From positions 3,062 to 67,061 of the forward strand of contig JAGVFR010000001.1 in NCBI GenBank assembly GCA_020057555.1: DNA of 64,000 nucleotides, read 5' to 3'. This document shows, in pieces, positions 28,345-39,130 of the stretch (positions are counted from its first letter, which is position 1; each line of letters opens with the position of its first letter). This DNA is from a bacterium (GTDB lineage Bacteria; Patescibacteriota; Patescibacteriia; UBA9934; GWF2-40-263). The translations under genes and the position numbers were made by a program. The notes under the pieces are model-generated. The model saw only the letters and a program-made list of their open reading frames with translations, did not search any database and had not been told where the DNA came from.

Positions 28345-28827
28345 TTAGATATTTTTATGATCCGTAAATCTTATAGTCTTATCTATGAAAAGAATTCCAT
28401 TTAAATGATCAATCTCATGTTGAAACACAATAGCAGGGAAACCCTTCAACTTAATAGAAACTTGTTGCGCATTCTCATCATAAGCTTGGACAATTACTCC
28501 TCTATATCTTCGCACGATTCCATACACACCCGGAACTGACAAACAACCTTCTTCACGTTCAATTTTTCTAAGCGAGTGTTTGACAACTTTTGGATTGAAA
28601 AATGCTTTTGGACCTGACTCGGTCTCGATAATAATAATTTGTTTTTGAACACCAATTTGAGGAGCTGCAATTCCAACCCCGTTTTCTTCATTCATTGTTT
28701 CCTTCAAGTCCTCAATCAGTTCTAGTGTTGACTCGCTATTTATTTCATCAACTTCAACAATTTGCGAAACTTTTCGCAATTCCTTGTTTGGATGTGTGAG
28801 AACTTGAATTATCATATGGAATAACAT
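28345..28827 (-). CDS. def: Peptide deformylase
   Basis: Motifs GVGIAAPQIG, EGCLSVPG and QHEIDHLNG. Confidence 0.9.
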   Translation of the reverse strand: MLFHMIIQVLTHPNKELRKVSQIVEVDEINSESTLELIEDLKETMNEENGVGIAAPQIGVQKQIIIIETESGPKAFFNPKVVKHSLRKIEREEGCLSVPGVYGIVRRYRGVIVQAYDENAQQVSIKLKGFPAIVFQHEIDHLNGILFIDKTIRFTDHKNI

Positions 28828-28831
28828 TCTG

Positions 28832-30637
28832 TCATGAAAAAGCGTTTATGTCAATAAGAAAATGATCGCCTAAGTCACCGAGTATTTTTAGAACTTCTTC
28901 AGAACGCGAAAAGGGAACTCGAATCACAAATTCCGATGTTACACGAACACCTTGTATGTTTTCGAGCTGTTGCTTCAGTGCGTTCGTTTGCAATTCACGC
29001 TTTCTATCTTCTGCTTCGCGAATCTTGATTTGTATCCATTGTTCAAACGGAGGTTGTTGAAATGATAATCTTCTTGCATTTTCTTCCGTGAACATTTTCA
29101 TAGGATCGTGAATGTATTGTTCAAAAAATTCTTGTTCTTCAGTTTGCACCACAAATTTTGCGTGATTAGCTCGCGCCAAACCCATCCATTCATAAAAATA
29201 CATTGAAGCTTGTTCGGCACTTCTAAAACTTGGTGAAAACAACGGCAGGTCAGCGTCAAGATATACCACACATTGAAAAAGATTATCTTGGGAAGGATCA
29301 AAATTATTTTCGATAAAAGCGCGTGTTGCAAGAGTTATAATTACGTCAGGATCGAAACTAATTTGTTGAGCATCTATGTGCTGTATTGAAGAAGTCGTAA
29401 ATATTTTTTTTAATATTTCAACAATTCGGCCGCTTCCAAATCCTCTAAATTCAATTTTTGACGAACGACATTGCGTGCAACGCAAAGGCAATGGATCAAT
29501 GATCTCACAACGAATGCATGTTAAAGTTTGTTCATCAACACGAACAAGATGGCCGCATCTTGAACAAACAAATACATGGCCGCAATCTTTGCAGCGCAGT
29601 CTCCATGCGTAACCTTTTTTATTTAAAATGATCAGGACATGACCTTGTTGTTCGATCGTTTCTGAAATTACCTCAATTGTTGATGATACAATTGCAACAT
29701 GTTCTGAAACAGATTTCTCAACTGATGGACGAACGAACTTTACTTTTAGTTCAGAATTGAATAACAAAATATTTTCTTCCTTAAATCTATATATGTCGTC
29801 GACTCTTGGTAATACATCGAAAAAAAATAGTTGCGTTGTAAACTTTTGCGAAAATAAATATACTACTTCTCTTGCGTCGATTCTTGGATTGCGTCTGTGT
29901 TCGACATGATTTTGATGTCCTGATCTCACAACGATGACAGTGGTTGTAGGAGCGTCACAAAAAAATATTCCTGCGCGCGTTGTTATAAGTAGACCGGTTG
30001 GATTTTCCCTGTAAGATTTCCAAGCTGAATATCTTTCATCATTTGATTCTTCTCCTGTAACACAAAGTGGTGAAAAAGATCCAAGATACTTTGATACTAT
30101 TCTTGCGTCACGAACATTCGGACACAGAATTGCAATTTTCTGTTTTGGTTTTTCATATAAAAATCTGGCAATGATTGCACAAGTACGCCTAAGATCGAAA
30201 GCTTGAACAAATCCGATGCGTCTTTCTGTCATTGCGTTTGCCAGCCTAACGATTGTTGCGCTTTCTTGATTTGGGACTGTAAGAGTAGTAACAGGCAGGT
30301 TGTTTTCTGTTTTTTCAGAGTTTGATTTTTTTGGGCGAGGGAATGCAGTATAAAGAAGAGTAGAAACTGATTGAGAAATTGATTTCGAAACTGATTCAAA
30401 AAATGAGAGTTCTTCATCTCTCAATTTGATTTCCTCGAAAACAGATAAAACATTTTTAAGGATGATCCCTCTCAACGCTTGTTCTTTAACTCGTTTAACA
30501 ATTCCCAAACACTGACTTGACCTAAAGGGAATTAAAACAAATTGTCCGCGCTCGAGTGATATTTCGTTCGGAACGGAATAGTCAAAGTGACTAAATTTTC
30601 GCGGCATTCGTCTAAGTGGATAAATTTCCGCGATCAT
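28832..30637 (-). CDS. priA: Primosomal protein N' (PriA)-like, with a 3'-DNA-binding N-terminus and a Cys-rich zinc region but apparently degenerate helicase motifs
   Basis: The N-terminus FDYSVP...GQFVLIPFRSSQ..GIV matches the PriA 3'BD. The Cys-rich region is CKDCGHVFVCSRCGH...CIRC...CTQC. No GxxxxGK[ST] or DExH box was found where expected (QAFDLRRT and VVRSGHQNH instead). Confidence 0.65.
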   Translation of the reverse strand: MIAEIYPLRRMPRKFSHFDYSVPNEISLERGQFVLIPFRSSQCLGIVKRVKEQALRGIILKNVLSVFEEIKLRDEELSFFESVSKSISQSVSTLLYTAFPRPKKSNSEKTENNLPVTTLTVPNQESATIVRLANAMTERRIGFVQAFDLRRTCAIIARFLYEKPKQKIAILCPNVRDARIVSKYLGSFSPLCVTGEESNDERYSAWKSYRENPTGLLITTRAGIFFCDAPTTTVIVVRSGHQNHVEHRRNPRIDAREVVYLFSQKFTTQLFFFDVLPRVDDIYRFKEENILLFNSELKVKFVRPSVEKSVSEHVAIVSSTIEVISETIEQQGHVLIILNKKGYAWRLRCKDCGHVFVCSRCGHLVRVDEQTLTCIRCEIIDPLPLRCTQCRSSKIEFRGFGSGRIVEILKKIFTTSSIQHIDAQQISFDPDVIITLATRAFIENNFDPSQDNLFQCVVYLDADLPLFSPSFRSAEQASMYFYEWMGLARANHAKFVVQTEEQEFFEQYIHDPMKMFTEENARRLSFQQPPFEQWIQIKIREAEDRKRELQTNALKQQLENIQGVRVTSEFVIRVPFSRSEEVLKILGDLGDHFLIDINAFS

Positions 30638-31422
30638 AAAATGTGGAATTGCGCGACCAAATATCCAACTCCAAACGGTGCTTCGTAAGACAGATTCTCT
30701 GCACGAACTTTTAGTTGATCAATAATTCCAAAAAGTATCAGCATTGGCCTAAGCGCGCATTCAGATGCTTTTTCAAGACGCTCTTCATCAAATGAAAGTA
30801 ACTTTGAAATTGATTTATGTTCAATGGCACGAAGAATCATATCATCGAATTCTTTTCCTTCTTCATGAAATCCCATTGGAGCATCGCTTGAAAGACTATG
30901 AGACAAATCGCCTGATGCAATGACCGCAATTCTTTTGTGGCTTTGTTGAATCATTTCGTTTAAAAGGCGACCAAAAGCAACATGTTGTTTGCGATCTGTT
31001 CCACTGTACGAAATTGGAACAAGTCGTGGCTTAATTTCATCGTTAAGAAGAAAAAGAGGAACACCACATCCATAATCTAGCGACGCATGTGATTCAAGCA
31101 CAAAAGAAATTGATTGTTTTCGTGCTTCACTTTGAATAGCAGAAATGAGTTCTAGATCAGGAACAAATTCCATTGATGTTGAAAGATCGCCGAATTCATG
31201 AAATTCAACAACATACTGGTTGTGAAGATTCAATGTAAAAGCTTTTTCGTGCATGAAGCTGTGAGAAGAAACAACTAAAATTATATCAGGTTGACTTAAT
31301 TTTAATTCGTCTGATAATTTTTTCATTGCCTCTCGTGTTTGAGTCAATTGTTTTATGTTTTCTTTTCCAATTGAATCTATAAGAAGAGGGGAATGTGGTG
31401 TGAATGCCGCAAAGCAAATCAT
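30634..31422 (-). CDS. LigB/Memo-superfamily (class III extradiol dioxygenase-like) protein
   Basis: Starting at MICFAAFTPHSPLLI (a PHSP motif near the N-terminus) and ILVVSSHSF, the protein resembles the DODA/LigB/Memo family. The assignment is tentative. The start was chosen at the internal Met 31422 to avoid a 50-nt overlap; the ORF track's longer form extends to 31473. Confidence 0.45.
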   Translation of the reverse strand: MICFAAFTPHSPLLIDSIGKENIKQLTQTREAMKKLSDELKLSQPDIILVVSSHSFMHEKAFTLNLHNQYVVEFHEFGDLSTSMEFVPDLELISAIQSEARKQSISFVLESHASLDYGCGVPLFLLNDEIKPRLVPISYSGTDRKQHVAFGRLLNEMIQQSHKRIAVIASGDLSHSLSSDAPMGFHEEGKEFDDMILRAIEHKSISKLLSFDEERLEKASECALRPMLILFGIIDQLKVRAENLSYEAPFGVGYLVAQFHIL

Positions 31423-31423
31423 A

Positions 31424-32857
31424 TTATCTGGTGGCGATATTAACGTCGGAAGAAGTATCAATTGAAGTGTCAATAGGTTCGGCTAATGAATGCAAGAGGA
31501 TCGATCTCTCATTTGTCCAAATTATTTGATTCCAATTCCATCCAAATGTTTTAAACGTTGCCTCGTCTTGTATGTGATGTCGAGTTCCATTTGAAATTAC
31601 ATAAATCTCTGGAGACTCTCGCATTGCAATGAGTGTTCCATCCTGAAACAATACCGGATCGACTGTCTCATACGAATTCAAGTCTTCAGGTTTCACTTGT
31701 GTAATTGTTGAAGAGGGAAAATTTGCTAGTAAAATTTCCTTTGACATTATCGGATGTTTATTTCCATTTTCGACGAAGAATACACCACCTGTTTTGTTAT
31801 TTTGAAGTAGTGTTCCTTTTGGATAAACGGAAGCGGTGTCAATTGGTTCTCCTTCTTCATAAGCATCTAGATCTTCCCATGCAACATCAGTAATCTCATC
31901 TGGTGAAAAACCAAGTGCACGGAATGCTTCTTGTGATTTAAATCCACGACGGAAATCGTCAACGATCAAATATACCGTTCCTCTTGGAGATCTTAACAGA
32001 GAATAGTTTGGAAATTGAATTGGAGCGCCGATTTCATATATTTCAAGAATACTTGGACCAACTTGAATAACGTTGTTTTGATTGAATCTTGATAGAAATG
32101 CCGCTTTGGATGTTATTGGTCTTCGAACCCCGTTTTGAATAAGCCAAATTCCACCAGTTGTTTTATCTTGAAGAAGAGAACCGTCAACATGACGATTGTT
32201 AAACCACCTATCCCAAATCTTTGCAAAATTTTGGTTACCATTTATGTGTGGTGTATAGGTGTATAAAACTGAAGTTGCAAAATTTTCTGGAATTATCTCA
32301 ACACCATCAATAACAACTTCTATTCCAGGGCCGATTCCACTTTCTGTAAATCCTCTACTTTCAAGATCTGAAAGATATGATTCGCGAATTCGTTTTGTGG
32401 CATAATAAATTTGGTTTGCAAATCCACTAAACTTTTGTAAAAGAGGATCTGTTTTTGAACACGAATCACAAATTGCATATCCCATTGCCCAATTGAGTTG
32501 ATCACTTGAAGGATTGGGATCTTCAATCAAACTTTGTTCACGTTGTAAAAGAACTGTTATAAATCGAGGATTGAGAGAAAATTTTTGCGCGTAATCCCAA
32601 ATTATTTCTGTTGCATTTTTTTGAATTCCGGAAACATCCTTAAACGACATACTGTTAAGAGCGCCTCTCGAAAGTAAGGATTCAAGTTCTGTTTTCGTTG
32701 TCGCAAATGTATCCAACATTTGATCATCAGAAGCTAAATAATCTAAATCAATTTCTGTTGAGGAATTAATTTCTGAAGCAAAAATACCCTGCGGTAAAGC
32801 AAGGATAATTATAATCAAAATAAGGATATTTTTACGTACAAAATCTGGCAATCGCAT
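31424..32857 (-). CDS. Secreted protein with four internal ~45-aa repeats, unknown function
   Basis: The signal peptide is ILILIIIILALPQGIFA. The repeats follow the pattern G.vyLI.nG.r..I.s.eaF...GF (GGIWLIQNGVRRPITSKAAF / GTVYLIVDDFRRGFKSQEAF / GGVFFVENGNKHPIMSKEIL / PEIYVISNGTRHHIQDEATF). Confidence 0.6.
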   Translation of the reverse strand: MRLPDFVRKNILILIIIILALPQGIFASEINSSTEIDLDYLASDDQMLDTFATTKTELESLLSRGALNSMSFKDVSGIQKNATEIIWDYAQKFSLNPRFITVLLQREQSLIEDPNPSSDQLNWAMGYAICDSCSKTDPLLQKFSGFANQIYYATKRIRESYLSDLESRGFTESGIGPGIEVVIDGVEIIPENFATSVLYTYTPHINGNQNFAKIWDRWFNNRHVDGSLLQDKTTGGIWLIQNGVRRPITSKAAFLSRFNQNNVIQVGPSILEIYEIGAPIQFPNYSLLRSPRGTVYLIVDDFRRGFKSQEAFRALGFSPDEITDVAWEDLDAYEEGEPIDTASVYPKGTLLQNNKTGGVFFVENGNKHPIMSKEILLANFPSSTITQVKPEDLNSYETVDPVLFQDGTLIAMRESPEIYVISNGTRHHIQDEATFKTFGWNWNQIIWTNERSILLHSLAEPIDTSIDTSSDVNIATR

Positions 32858-32872
32858 GACCCTATAATAACG

Positions 32873-35554
32873 CTAAGCAGAGGTTTTGGCCAGTTTTCTT
32901 TCTTTTCTAACTTCTTTTTGAATATTGATCTCGCCATTTGCCACAGATACCGAAACCTTTGATCCTTCTGAAATTTCACCTTTAACAATTTCAAGAGCAA
33001 GAGGATCTAGAATTAAGGACTGGATCACACGTTTGAGTGGTCTCGCGCCATAAGATGGATCAAAACCACGCTCTACCAATAAATCTTTTACAGAGGGCGC
33101 TATTGAGATATTTATTGAACGTTGTTTTTGTAAACGGTGAAAAACAATTTGCAATTGTCGTTCAACAATTTCTCCAATTTGTTTTTGTGAAAGAGAATGA
33201 AATACAATAATATCATCAACACGATTCAAAAATTCCGGTCTGAAATGATCCTTCAAGAGTCCCATTATTCTTTCTTTCATTTCATCATCTTCATTTGTTT
33301 CAGAACGATTTGTTTCAAAACCCATGTGCTCTTTTGATGTTCCTGAACTCAAGATCATGTCAGAACCGATATTGCTTGTCATGATGATTATCGTGTTTTT
33401 GAAATTTACAACACGACCCTTTGCATCAGTAAGTCTTCCTTCGTCCAAAATCTGCAAAAGCAAATTGAACGTATCTGGATGTGCTTTTTCAATTTCATCA
33501 AACAAGACAACACTATAAGGTTTTCTTCGGATCATTTCAGTTAGCTGACCGCCTTCTTCATATCCAACATACCCAGGAGGTGAACCAATCATTTTTGCTG
33601 TCCCGTGTTTTTCCATGTATTCAGACATGTCCAAACGAATAAGCGAAGTTTCATCATTAAACAAGAATGAGGCCAAAGCTCGAGCCAACTCTGTTTTCCC
33701 AACGCCTGTAGGCCCAAGGAAGATAAAAGACCCGATTGGGCGGCTTTCTTCGCCAATTCCAGCTCTGGAACGCCTTAAAGCGTTTGAAACAGCGCTAATA
33801 GCCTCTTGTTGCCCCACAACACGCTTTGAAAGCTCATCCTCCATTCTGGAAAGCTTCTCCATTTCGGATTCAAGCATTTTTGAAACAGGGATATGCGTCC
33901 ATCTTGAAACAACAATAGCGACATCTTCTTCACCAATAACTTCCTTTAACAACCCGCGCTCTTTTTGAAGTTTGGAGAGTTGATGTTCAGTGTCTTTTAA
34001 ACGTTTTTCTTCGGCTGGCATTTTTGAATAGCGAATCTCCGCGACTTTTTCCAAATCACCCTTACGCTCTTCCATTTCCGCGCGTGCTCGAAGACGATCA
34101 ATGTTGGCTTTGATTTCTTGCAGTGTTGTAATTTTTTCTTTTTCATTTTTCCATCGTCCTTCAAGTGCGCCGGCTTGCTCTTGCAAATCAGCCAACTGTT
34201 TTTCAATTTCTTTTAATCGTTTTTTAGATTCCTTGTCTTCTTCTTTTTGAAGTGCGCGTTGTTCGATTTCTAAACGCATGATATCGCGTTTTAGCACATC
34301 AAGTTCTTCTGGCATTGAATCAATTTGCATGCGAAGTGCCGAAGCCGCTTCATCAATTAAATCAACAGCCTTGTCAGGCAAGTGACGTTCTGTAATATAT
34401 CGAGCTGAAAGTTGAGCGGCCGCAAGAATCGCCGCATCAGAAATTCGAACTCCATGATGGACTTCGTATTTTTCTTTTATTCCACGCAAGATGGCGATTG
34501 TGTCATCAATTGAAGGTTCATCAACAATCACTGGCTGAAATCTTCGTTCAAGCGCTGGATCTCTTTCAATATATTTTTGGTATTCTTTTAAAGTTGTTGC
34601 TCCAACCGCACGCAATTTTCCTCGAGCAAGAGCTGGCTTGAGCATGTTTGAAGCATCAAGAGATCCACCTTCCGTTGTCCCAGTTCCAACTAAAGTATGT
34701 AGCTCATCAATAAACAAAATTATTTTTCCGGCTGAATTTTCTATTTCTTTAATTACAGCTTTCAAACGATCTTCAAACTCGCCTCTGAATTTTGTTCCTG
34801 CAACCATTGCGCCAATATCAAGCATAAACACGGATTTGTCTTTGAGTAATTCTGGAACATCACCTGAAACGATTCGCTGTGCAAGACCTTCGACAATTGC
34901 TGTTTTTCCGACTCCAGCTTCACCAATCAAAACAGGATTATTTTTTGTTCTACGTGAAAGAACCTGCATGATGCGACGGATTTCATTATCACGTCCAATG
35001 ATTGGATCAAGCTCGCCAGCACGAGCTGATTCAGTTAAATCAATTCCGTATTTTTGCAAAACTTGATATCTGGATTCCGGTTCTTGTGTGTCAACACGTT
35101 GAGAGCCACGTATATCTTTTAACGCGTGCATGACCGATTCCTCATTGATTTTATAATTCAAAAGCAGACGCGCAATCGCTTTGTTTGATAAAAGTCCAAG
35201 TAGTAAATGTTCGGTTGAAATGTAATCGTCCTTAAACTGTTTTGATAATTTATGAGCACTAGCCAAAACATTTGCCATTTGTTGGCTCATATAAATTTGA
35301 GCCATTCCGCCATGACTTGGCATTGCTTCTTTTGAAGATGGAAGAGAATTCAAAATTTCATCAACTTCATGCTGAAGCTCTTCTTTCATTTGTGTCACTT
35401 TGTCAATCACTGCTGATATAACTCCGTCATCTTGAGTGAGGAGCGAAGCAAGAAGATGGATCGGTTCAAGCGCTTGCTGACCTCTTTCAACAGCTATGTT
35501 ATGAGCGCGTTGTAAAGCCTCTTGAGATTTTAAGGTAAAATTATTTGGAAGCAT
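32873..35554 (-). CDS. clpB: Chaperone ClpB (Hsp104/ClpB disaggregase)
   Basis: Two AAA+ modules ([18 protein letters not shown] and [15 protein letters not shown]), a long coiled-coil middle domain, and a ClpB-type N-domain. Confidence 0.95.
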   Translation of the reverse strand: MLPNNFTLKSQEALQRAHNIAVERGQQALEPIHLLASLLTQDDGVISAVIDKVTQMKEELQHEVDEILNSLPSSKEAMPSHGGMAQIYMSQQMANVLASAHKLSKQFKDDYISTEHLLLGLLSNKAIARLLLNYKINEESVMHALKDIRGSQRVDTQEPESRYQVLQKYGIDLTESARAGELDPIIGRDNEIRRIMQVLSRRTKNNPVLIGEAGVGKTAIVEGLAQRIVSGDVPELLKDKSVFMLDIGAMVAGTKFRGEFEDRLKAVIKEIENSAGKIILFIDELHTLVGTGTTEGGSLDASNMLKPALARGKLRAVGATTLKEYQKYIERDPALERRFQPVIVDEPSIDDTIAILRGIKEKYEVHHGVRISDAAILAAAQLSARYITERHLPDKAVDLIDEAASALRMQIDSMPEELDVLKRDIMRLEIEQRALQKEEDKESKKRLKEIEKQLADLQEQAGALEGRWKNEKEKITTLQEIKANIDRLRARAEMEERKGDLEKVAEIRYSKMPAEEKRLKDTEHQLSKLQKERGLLKEVIGEEDVAIVVSRWTHIPVSKMLESEMEKLSRMEDELSKRVVGQQEAISAVSNALRRSRAGIGEESRPIGSFIFLGPTGVGKTELARALASFLFNDETSLIRLDMSEYMEKHGTAKMIGSPPGYVGYEEGGQLTEMIRRKPYSVVLFDEIEKAHPDTFNLLLQILDEGRLTDAKGRVVNFKNTIIIMTSNIGSDMILSSGTSKEHMGFETNRSETNEDDEMKERIMGLLKDHFRPEFLNRVDDIIVFHSLSQKQIGEIVERQLQIVFHRLQKQRSINISIAPSVKDLLVERGFDPSYGARPLKRVIQSLILDPLALEIVKGEISEGSKVSVSVANGEINIQKEVRKERKLAKTSA

Positions 35555-35557
35555 ATT

Positions 35558-35584
35558 TTGGCACTCATCATGCTAGAGTGCTAA
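35558..35584. promoter_or_regulatory. CIRCE-like inverted repeat (HrcA operator type) immediately upstream of clpB
   Basis: TTGGCACTC-atcatgcta-GAGTGCTAA compared with the consensus TTAGCACTC-N9-GAGTGCTAA. There is one mismatch and the spacer is exactly 9 nt. It ends 3 nt before the clpB start codon on the minus strand. Confidence 0.65.
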
Positions 35585-35678
35585 TGGTGGTTTGTCAAAT
35601 CGCTCGCTTGAAGGATTTTTTATATAAATCATGTAATATAGAACAATAATAACATTCGAAGCGGAAACAAGATAGATT

Positions 35679-36476
35679 ATGAGTGAAAAACATAAAATTT
35701 TCGGAGTAGCTTTTGATGATATTTCAACAAATGAAATGACTGATTTGTTTTTGAAATGGCTAAACGGATCGCAGGGAAAAATTATCTTCACACCAAACCC
35801 TGAATTTTTATTAAAAACACGAGTTGATTCAGGTTTTGGAAACTTGTTGAACCAGAGCGATCTTTCACTTGCTGATGGTATTGGCGTAAAATTTGCGATT
35901 GTCGCACTCACAGACAAACGACTTAAACATCGTCATACAGGTGTTGATACACTTGTTCAATTAGCAGAGATTTGTTCAAAGACAAACAAAAAATTGGTTT
36001 TATTGGGTGGAAAAAATTCTGTATCACAATCCGCCGCAGACGCACTAAGAAAACAATTTCCAAATCTTCAAGTTCAATCAATCGACCTTGGTTTTATTTT
36101 AGGAAATTCAGAAACTGTTTCAATTTCAGATGAACTAATCAATGAGATAAATAAATTTTCACCAAACGTGCTCGCTGTTGCATTATCTTTTGGAAAACAG
36201 GAAAGGTTTATTTTTAAAATCAGCAAACAAATCCCCTCTTTAAACATTGTAATTGGAGTTGGCGGGGCGCTTGATACAATTTCTGGCAGTCTTAAACGAG
36301 CGCCACTTTGGATGCGCAAAAATGGGCTTGAATGGCTTTGGAGAGTTATAATTGAACCAAGACGTATTGTAAGAATTTTTAGAGCAACAATCGTCTTTCC
36401 GTTATTTGTGGTTTGGGATACACTTAAACATCAGAGGTTTTGGAAAGCTGTGATAAAAGTAGTAGTAAGTAGCTAG
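35679..36476 (+). CDS. WecB/TagA/CpsF-family glycosyltransferase
   Basis: FTPNPEF...ADGIGV...NGLEWLWRVIIEPRRIVRIF is the family signature. Confidence 0.8.
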   Translation: MSEKHKIFGVAFDDISTNEMTDLFLKWLNGSQGKIIFTPNPEFLLKTRVDSGFGNLLNQSDLSLADGIGVKFAIVALTDKRLKHRHTGVDTLVQLAEICSKTNKKLVLLGGKNSVSQSAADALRKQFPNLQVQSIDLGFILGNSETVSISDELINEINKFSPNVLAVALSFGKQERFIFKISKQIPSLNIVIGVGGALDTISGSLKRAPLWMRKNGLEWLWRVIIEPRRIVRIFRATIVFPLFVVWDTLKHQRFWKAVIKVVVSS

Positions 36477-36495
36477 TAGCAGGTATATTCGCTTT

Positions 36496-37953
36496 ATGAA
36501 CATCAAGACTCGTTTTCCGCCGTCTCCAACAGGATATCTTCATGTCGGATCGCTTCGAACAGCGCTATATAATTATTTTTACGCAAAAAAACACAACGGC
36601 ACATTTCTTTTGCGAATTGAGGATACTGATCGAGAGCGATATGTTGCAGGTGCTGTTGAGTCACTTATCGGGACTCTCGATCGAATGAAAATTGATTATG
36701 ATGAAGGTCCTGTGATGAAGAATGGGAAGATTGTTGAAAAGGGAGGTAATGGTCCTTATGCGCAATCTGCACGTCTTGAAATTTATAAAAAGTATGCAAA
36801 GCAACTGGTTGATTCAGGTTATGCATATCATTGTTTTTGTTCAAAAGAACGTCTTTCTGAATTGCGTGAACAACAACAAGAGATTAAACAAACAACAAAA
36901 TACGATCGTGCATGCTTAAAGTTGTCTTCTGAAGAAATTAAAACAAAATTAGAGTCTGGTGAGTCGAATGTTATACGAATGAAAATTCCAGAAGGGAAGA
37001 CAACTTTTCATGATGAAATTCGAGGTGATATAACAATCGAGAACCAAGAAAATGATGATCAAGTACTTCTCAAAGCAGATGGTTTCCCTACTTATCATTT
37101 AGCTGTTGTTGTTGACGACCATCTGATGGGCGTGACTCACGTCATTCGTGGGGAAGAATGGATTTCATCTGTTCCAAAACACGTCATGCTTTACACATGG
37201 TTTGGTTTTCCTCTTCCTACATTTGCTCATCTTCCATTGATTCTAAATACTGACAAATCAAAACTTTCAAAACGACAAGGAGATGTTGCTGTTGAAGATT
37301 ATTTTGCGAAAGGATTTTTAGAAGAGGCGCTTGAAAATTTTGTTTCACTTCTTGGTTATAATCCAACAGCTGATAGAGAAATATATACACGCGAAGAATT
37401 TATTGAACACTTTGAACTTACAAAAATTAACAAAAGTGGAGCGGTTTTTGATGTCAATAAACTCCTGTGGATGAATGGTCAGTACATAAAAATGCTTTCA
37501 GATGAAACTTTTGTCGCTAAAGTTAAGCCCTTTTTGAAAGGGGAAGTTGAGGACGATATTTTGCGACGCATCTGCGTGATTGAAAAAACAAGAATAAATT
37601 TATTATCGGAAATTACAACAGTAATCGACTCCTATCAATCAATAACGAATTTCTCGAAAGAAATGTTAGTATGGAAAAAATCAGACAGTGAAGACGCAAA
37701 ATTACAATTAAAAAATATTTTTGAATTTATATCTTCACTTGATGACTCGGTTTTCAATAACTTGGAATTGATTGAACAGGCCATTGCAGGGTATATTAAA
37801 GATAACGGACTTCAAAATGGAAATGTTTTGTGGCCGCTTCGTGTTTCACTTTCAGGAGCCGAACGATCTCCAAGCCCATTTGAATTGCTCTGGGTGCTTC
37901 AAAAACAAGAATCGATGAAACGTATTGAACATGCAATCAAAATTTTTACTTAG
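36496..37953 (+). CDS. gltX: Glutamate--tRNA ligase
   Basis: Class I HIGH motif (PSPTGYLHVGSLRTALYN) and KMSKS motif (KLSKR). Confidence 0.9.
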   Translation: MNIKTRFPPSPTGYLHVGSLRTALYNYFYAKKHNGTFLLRIEDTDRERYVAGAVESLIGTLDRMKIDYDEGPVMKNGKIVEKGGNGPYAQSARLEIYKKYAKQLVDSGYAYHCFCSKERLSELREQQQEIKQTTKYDRACLKLSSEEIKTKLESGESNVIRMKIPEGKTTFHDEIRGDITIENQENDDQVLLKADGFPTYHLAVVVDDHLMGVTHVIRGEEWISSVPKHVMLYTWFGFPLPTFAHLPLILNTDKSKLSKRQGDVAVEDYFAKGFLEEALENFVSLLGYNPTADREIYTREEFIEHFELTKINKSGAVFDVNKLLWMNGQYIKMLSDETFVAKVKPFLKGEVEDDILRRICVIEKTRINLLSEITTVIDSYQSITNFSKEMLVWKKSDSEDAKLQLKNIFEFISSLDDSVFNNLELIEQAIAGYIKDNGLQNGNVLWPLRVSLSGAERSPSPFELLWVLQKQESMKRIEHAIKIFT

Positions 37954-39121
37954 TGCGTTTGTTATACTTTTTACATTGCAACCCGCAGGATTGCTAGTTT
38001 TTGCGCAGGAAGGTACTGATTCATCCGAAATTAACGTTCTTAACGATAAGATTTCGGAAAAGAAACAAAGTATCGACCTAATTAGTGACCGAATTGAAGA
38101 GTATAAGAAAAAGATCGAACAAAAACAGGCACAGAAAGCGTCGTTATCAGTTGAGCTTGATTTACTTGATAACAGAATTGCCAAAACAAAACTTGAAATT
38201 GAGGAAACCGAAGCAAGCATTGATCTTGTTAACACAGAAATATCATTGTTAAACAAGCAACTAACTTCGCTTGAACAGACTTTACAAAAAGATAGACAAC
38301 TTCTTGTCGCTGTTTTGCAAAAAATTCAAGTTAAAGATCAAGACTTGCCACTTAGACTTTTTTTTGGATCAAATTCTTTATCACAGCTATTTGATGAGGT
38401 TCAATCTCTTGAAACAATCAACCAAGACCTGAAGCAAACTCTTGAAAAAACAAAGCAGTCAAAAGAAGCCGTGCAAAATAAAAAAGAAGTTGAACAAACA
38501 AAAAAAAATCAAATGCAAGAAATGAGTCTTGCGCTTGCGCATGAAAAAGGCAAACTTGAAGATGAAGTCCAATCACAAGAGATTCTAATTACAGAAACAC
38601 AAAATTCAGAAAATCAGTTCCGTTTGCTTTTGCAACAGACAAAAGAAGAAGAACAATTTATCACGCAACAAATTTCTGCTTTGCAAAAAGAAATAGAAGG
38701 GAAGTTGAGCGCTTCAGATCAGGTAGGAGATAGTTCTTTGATGTCTTGGCCGTTTGATCCACCAAAAGGGTTGTCTGTATATTTCCATGATCCAACATAT
38801 CCATATCGTCATCTTTTTGAACACTCTGGAATTGATCTTCCAGCGCCAAAAGGAACTGGGATTGGCGCGGCCGCGCCAGGTTATGTTGCCTGGGCTAAAA
38901 AAGGACGACTATATGGAAACTATGTCATGATAATTCATTCAAATGGATTATCAACGCTTTACGCACATCTTTCTAGGATTGATGTTAAGGCTGACGAATT
39001 TGTTGCTCGAGGGCAAATTATAGGAGCAGTGGGGAGCACAGGTCTTTCAACAGGGCCGCACCTTCACTTTGAAGTACGAAAAGATGGAATTCCAACTGAT
39101 CCGCTAGCCTATCTTCAATAA
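37925..39121 (+). CDS. M23-family metallopeptidase with a long N-terminal coiled coil (EnvC-like murein hydrolase activator / peptidase)
   Basis: Signal peptide, then about 230 aa of coiled coil. The C-terminal M23 domain has H.G.D...GSTG.STGPHLHFE. Confidence 0.8.
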   Translation: MNMQSKFLLSAFVILFTLQPAGLLVFAQEGTDSSEINVLNDKISEKKQSIDLISDRIEEYKKKIEQKQAQKASLSVELDLLDNRIAKTKLEIEETEASIDLVNTEISLLNKQLTSLEQTLQKDRQLLVAVLQKIQVKDQDLPLRLFFGSNSLSQLFDEVQSLETINQDLKQTLEKTKQSKEAVQNKKEVEQTKKNQMQEMSLALAHEKGKLEDEVQSQEILITETQNSENQFRLLLQQTKEEEQFITQQISALQKEIEGKLSASDQVGDSSLMSWPFDPPKGLSVYFHDPTYPYRHLFEHSGIDLPAPKGTGIGAAAPGYVAWAKKGRLYGNYVMIIHSNGLSTLYAHLSRIDVKADEFVARGQIIGAVGSTGLSTGPHLHFEVRKDGIPTDPLAYLQ

Positions 39122-39130
39122 ATATATTTT

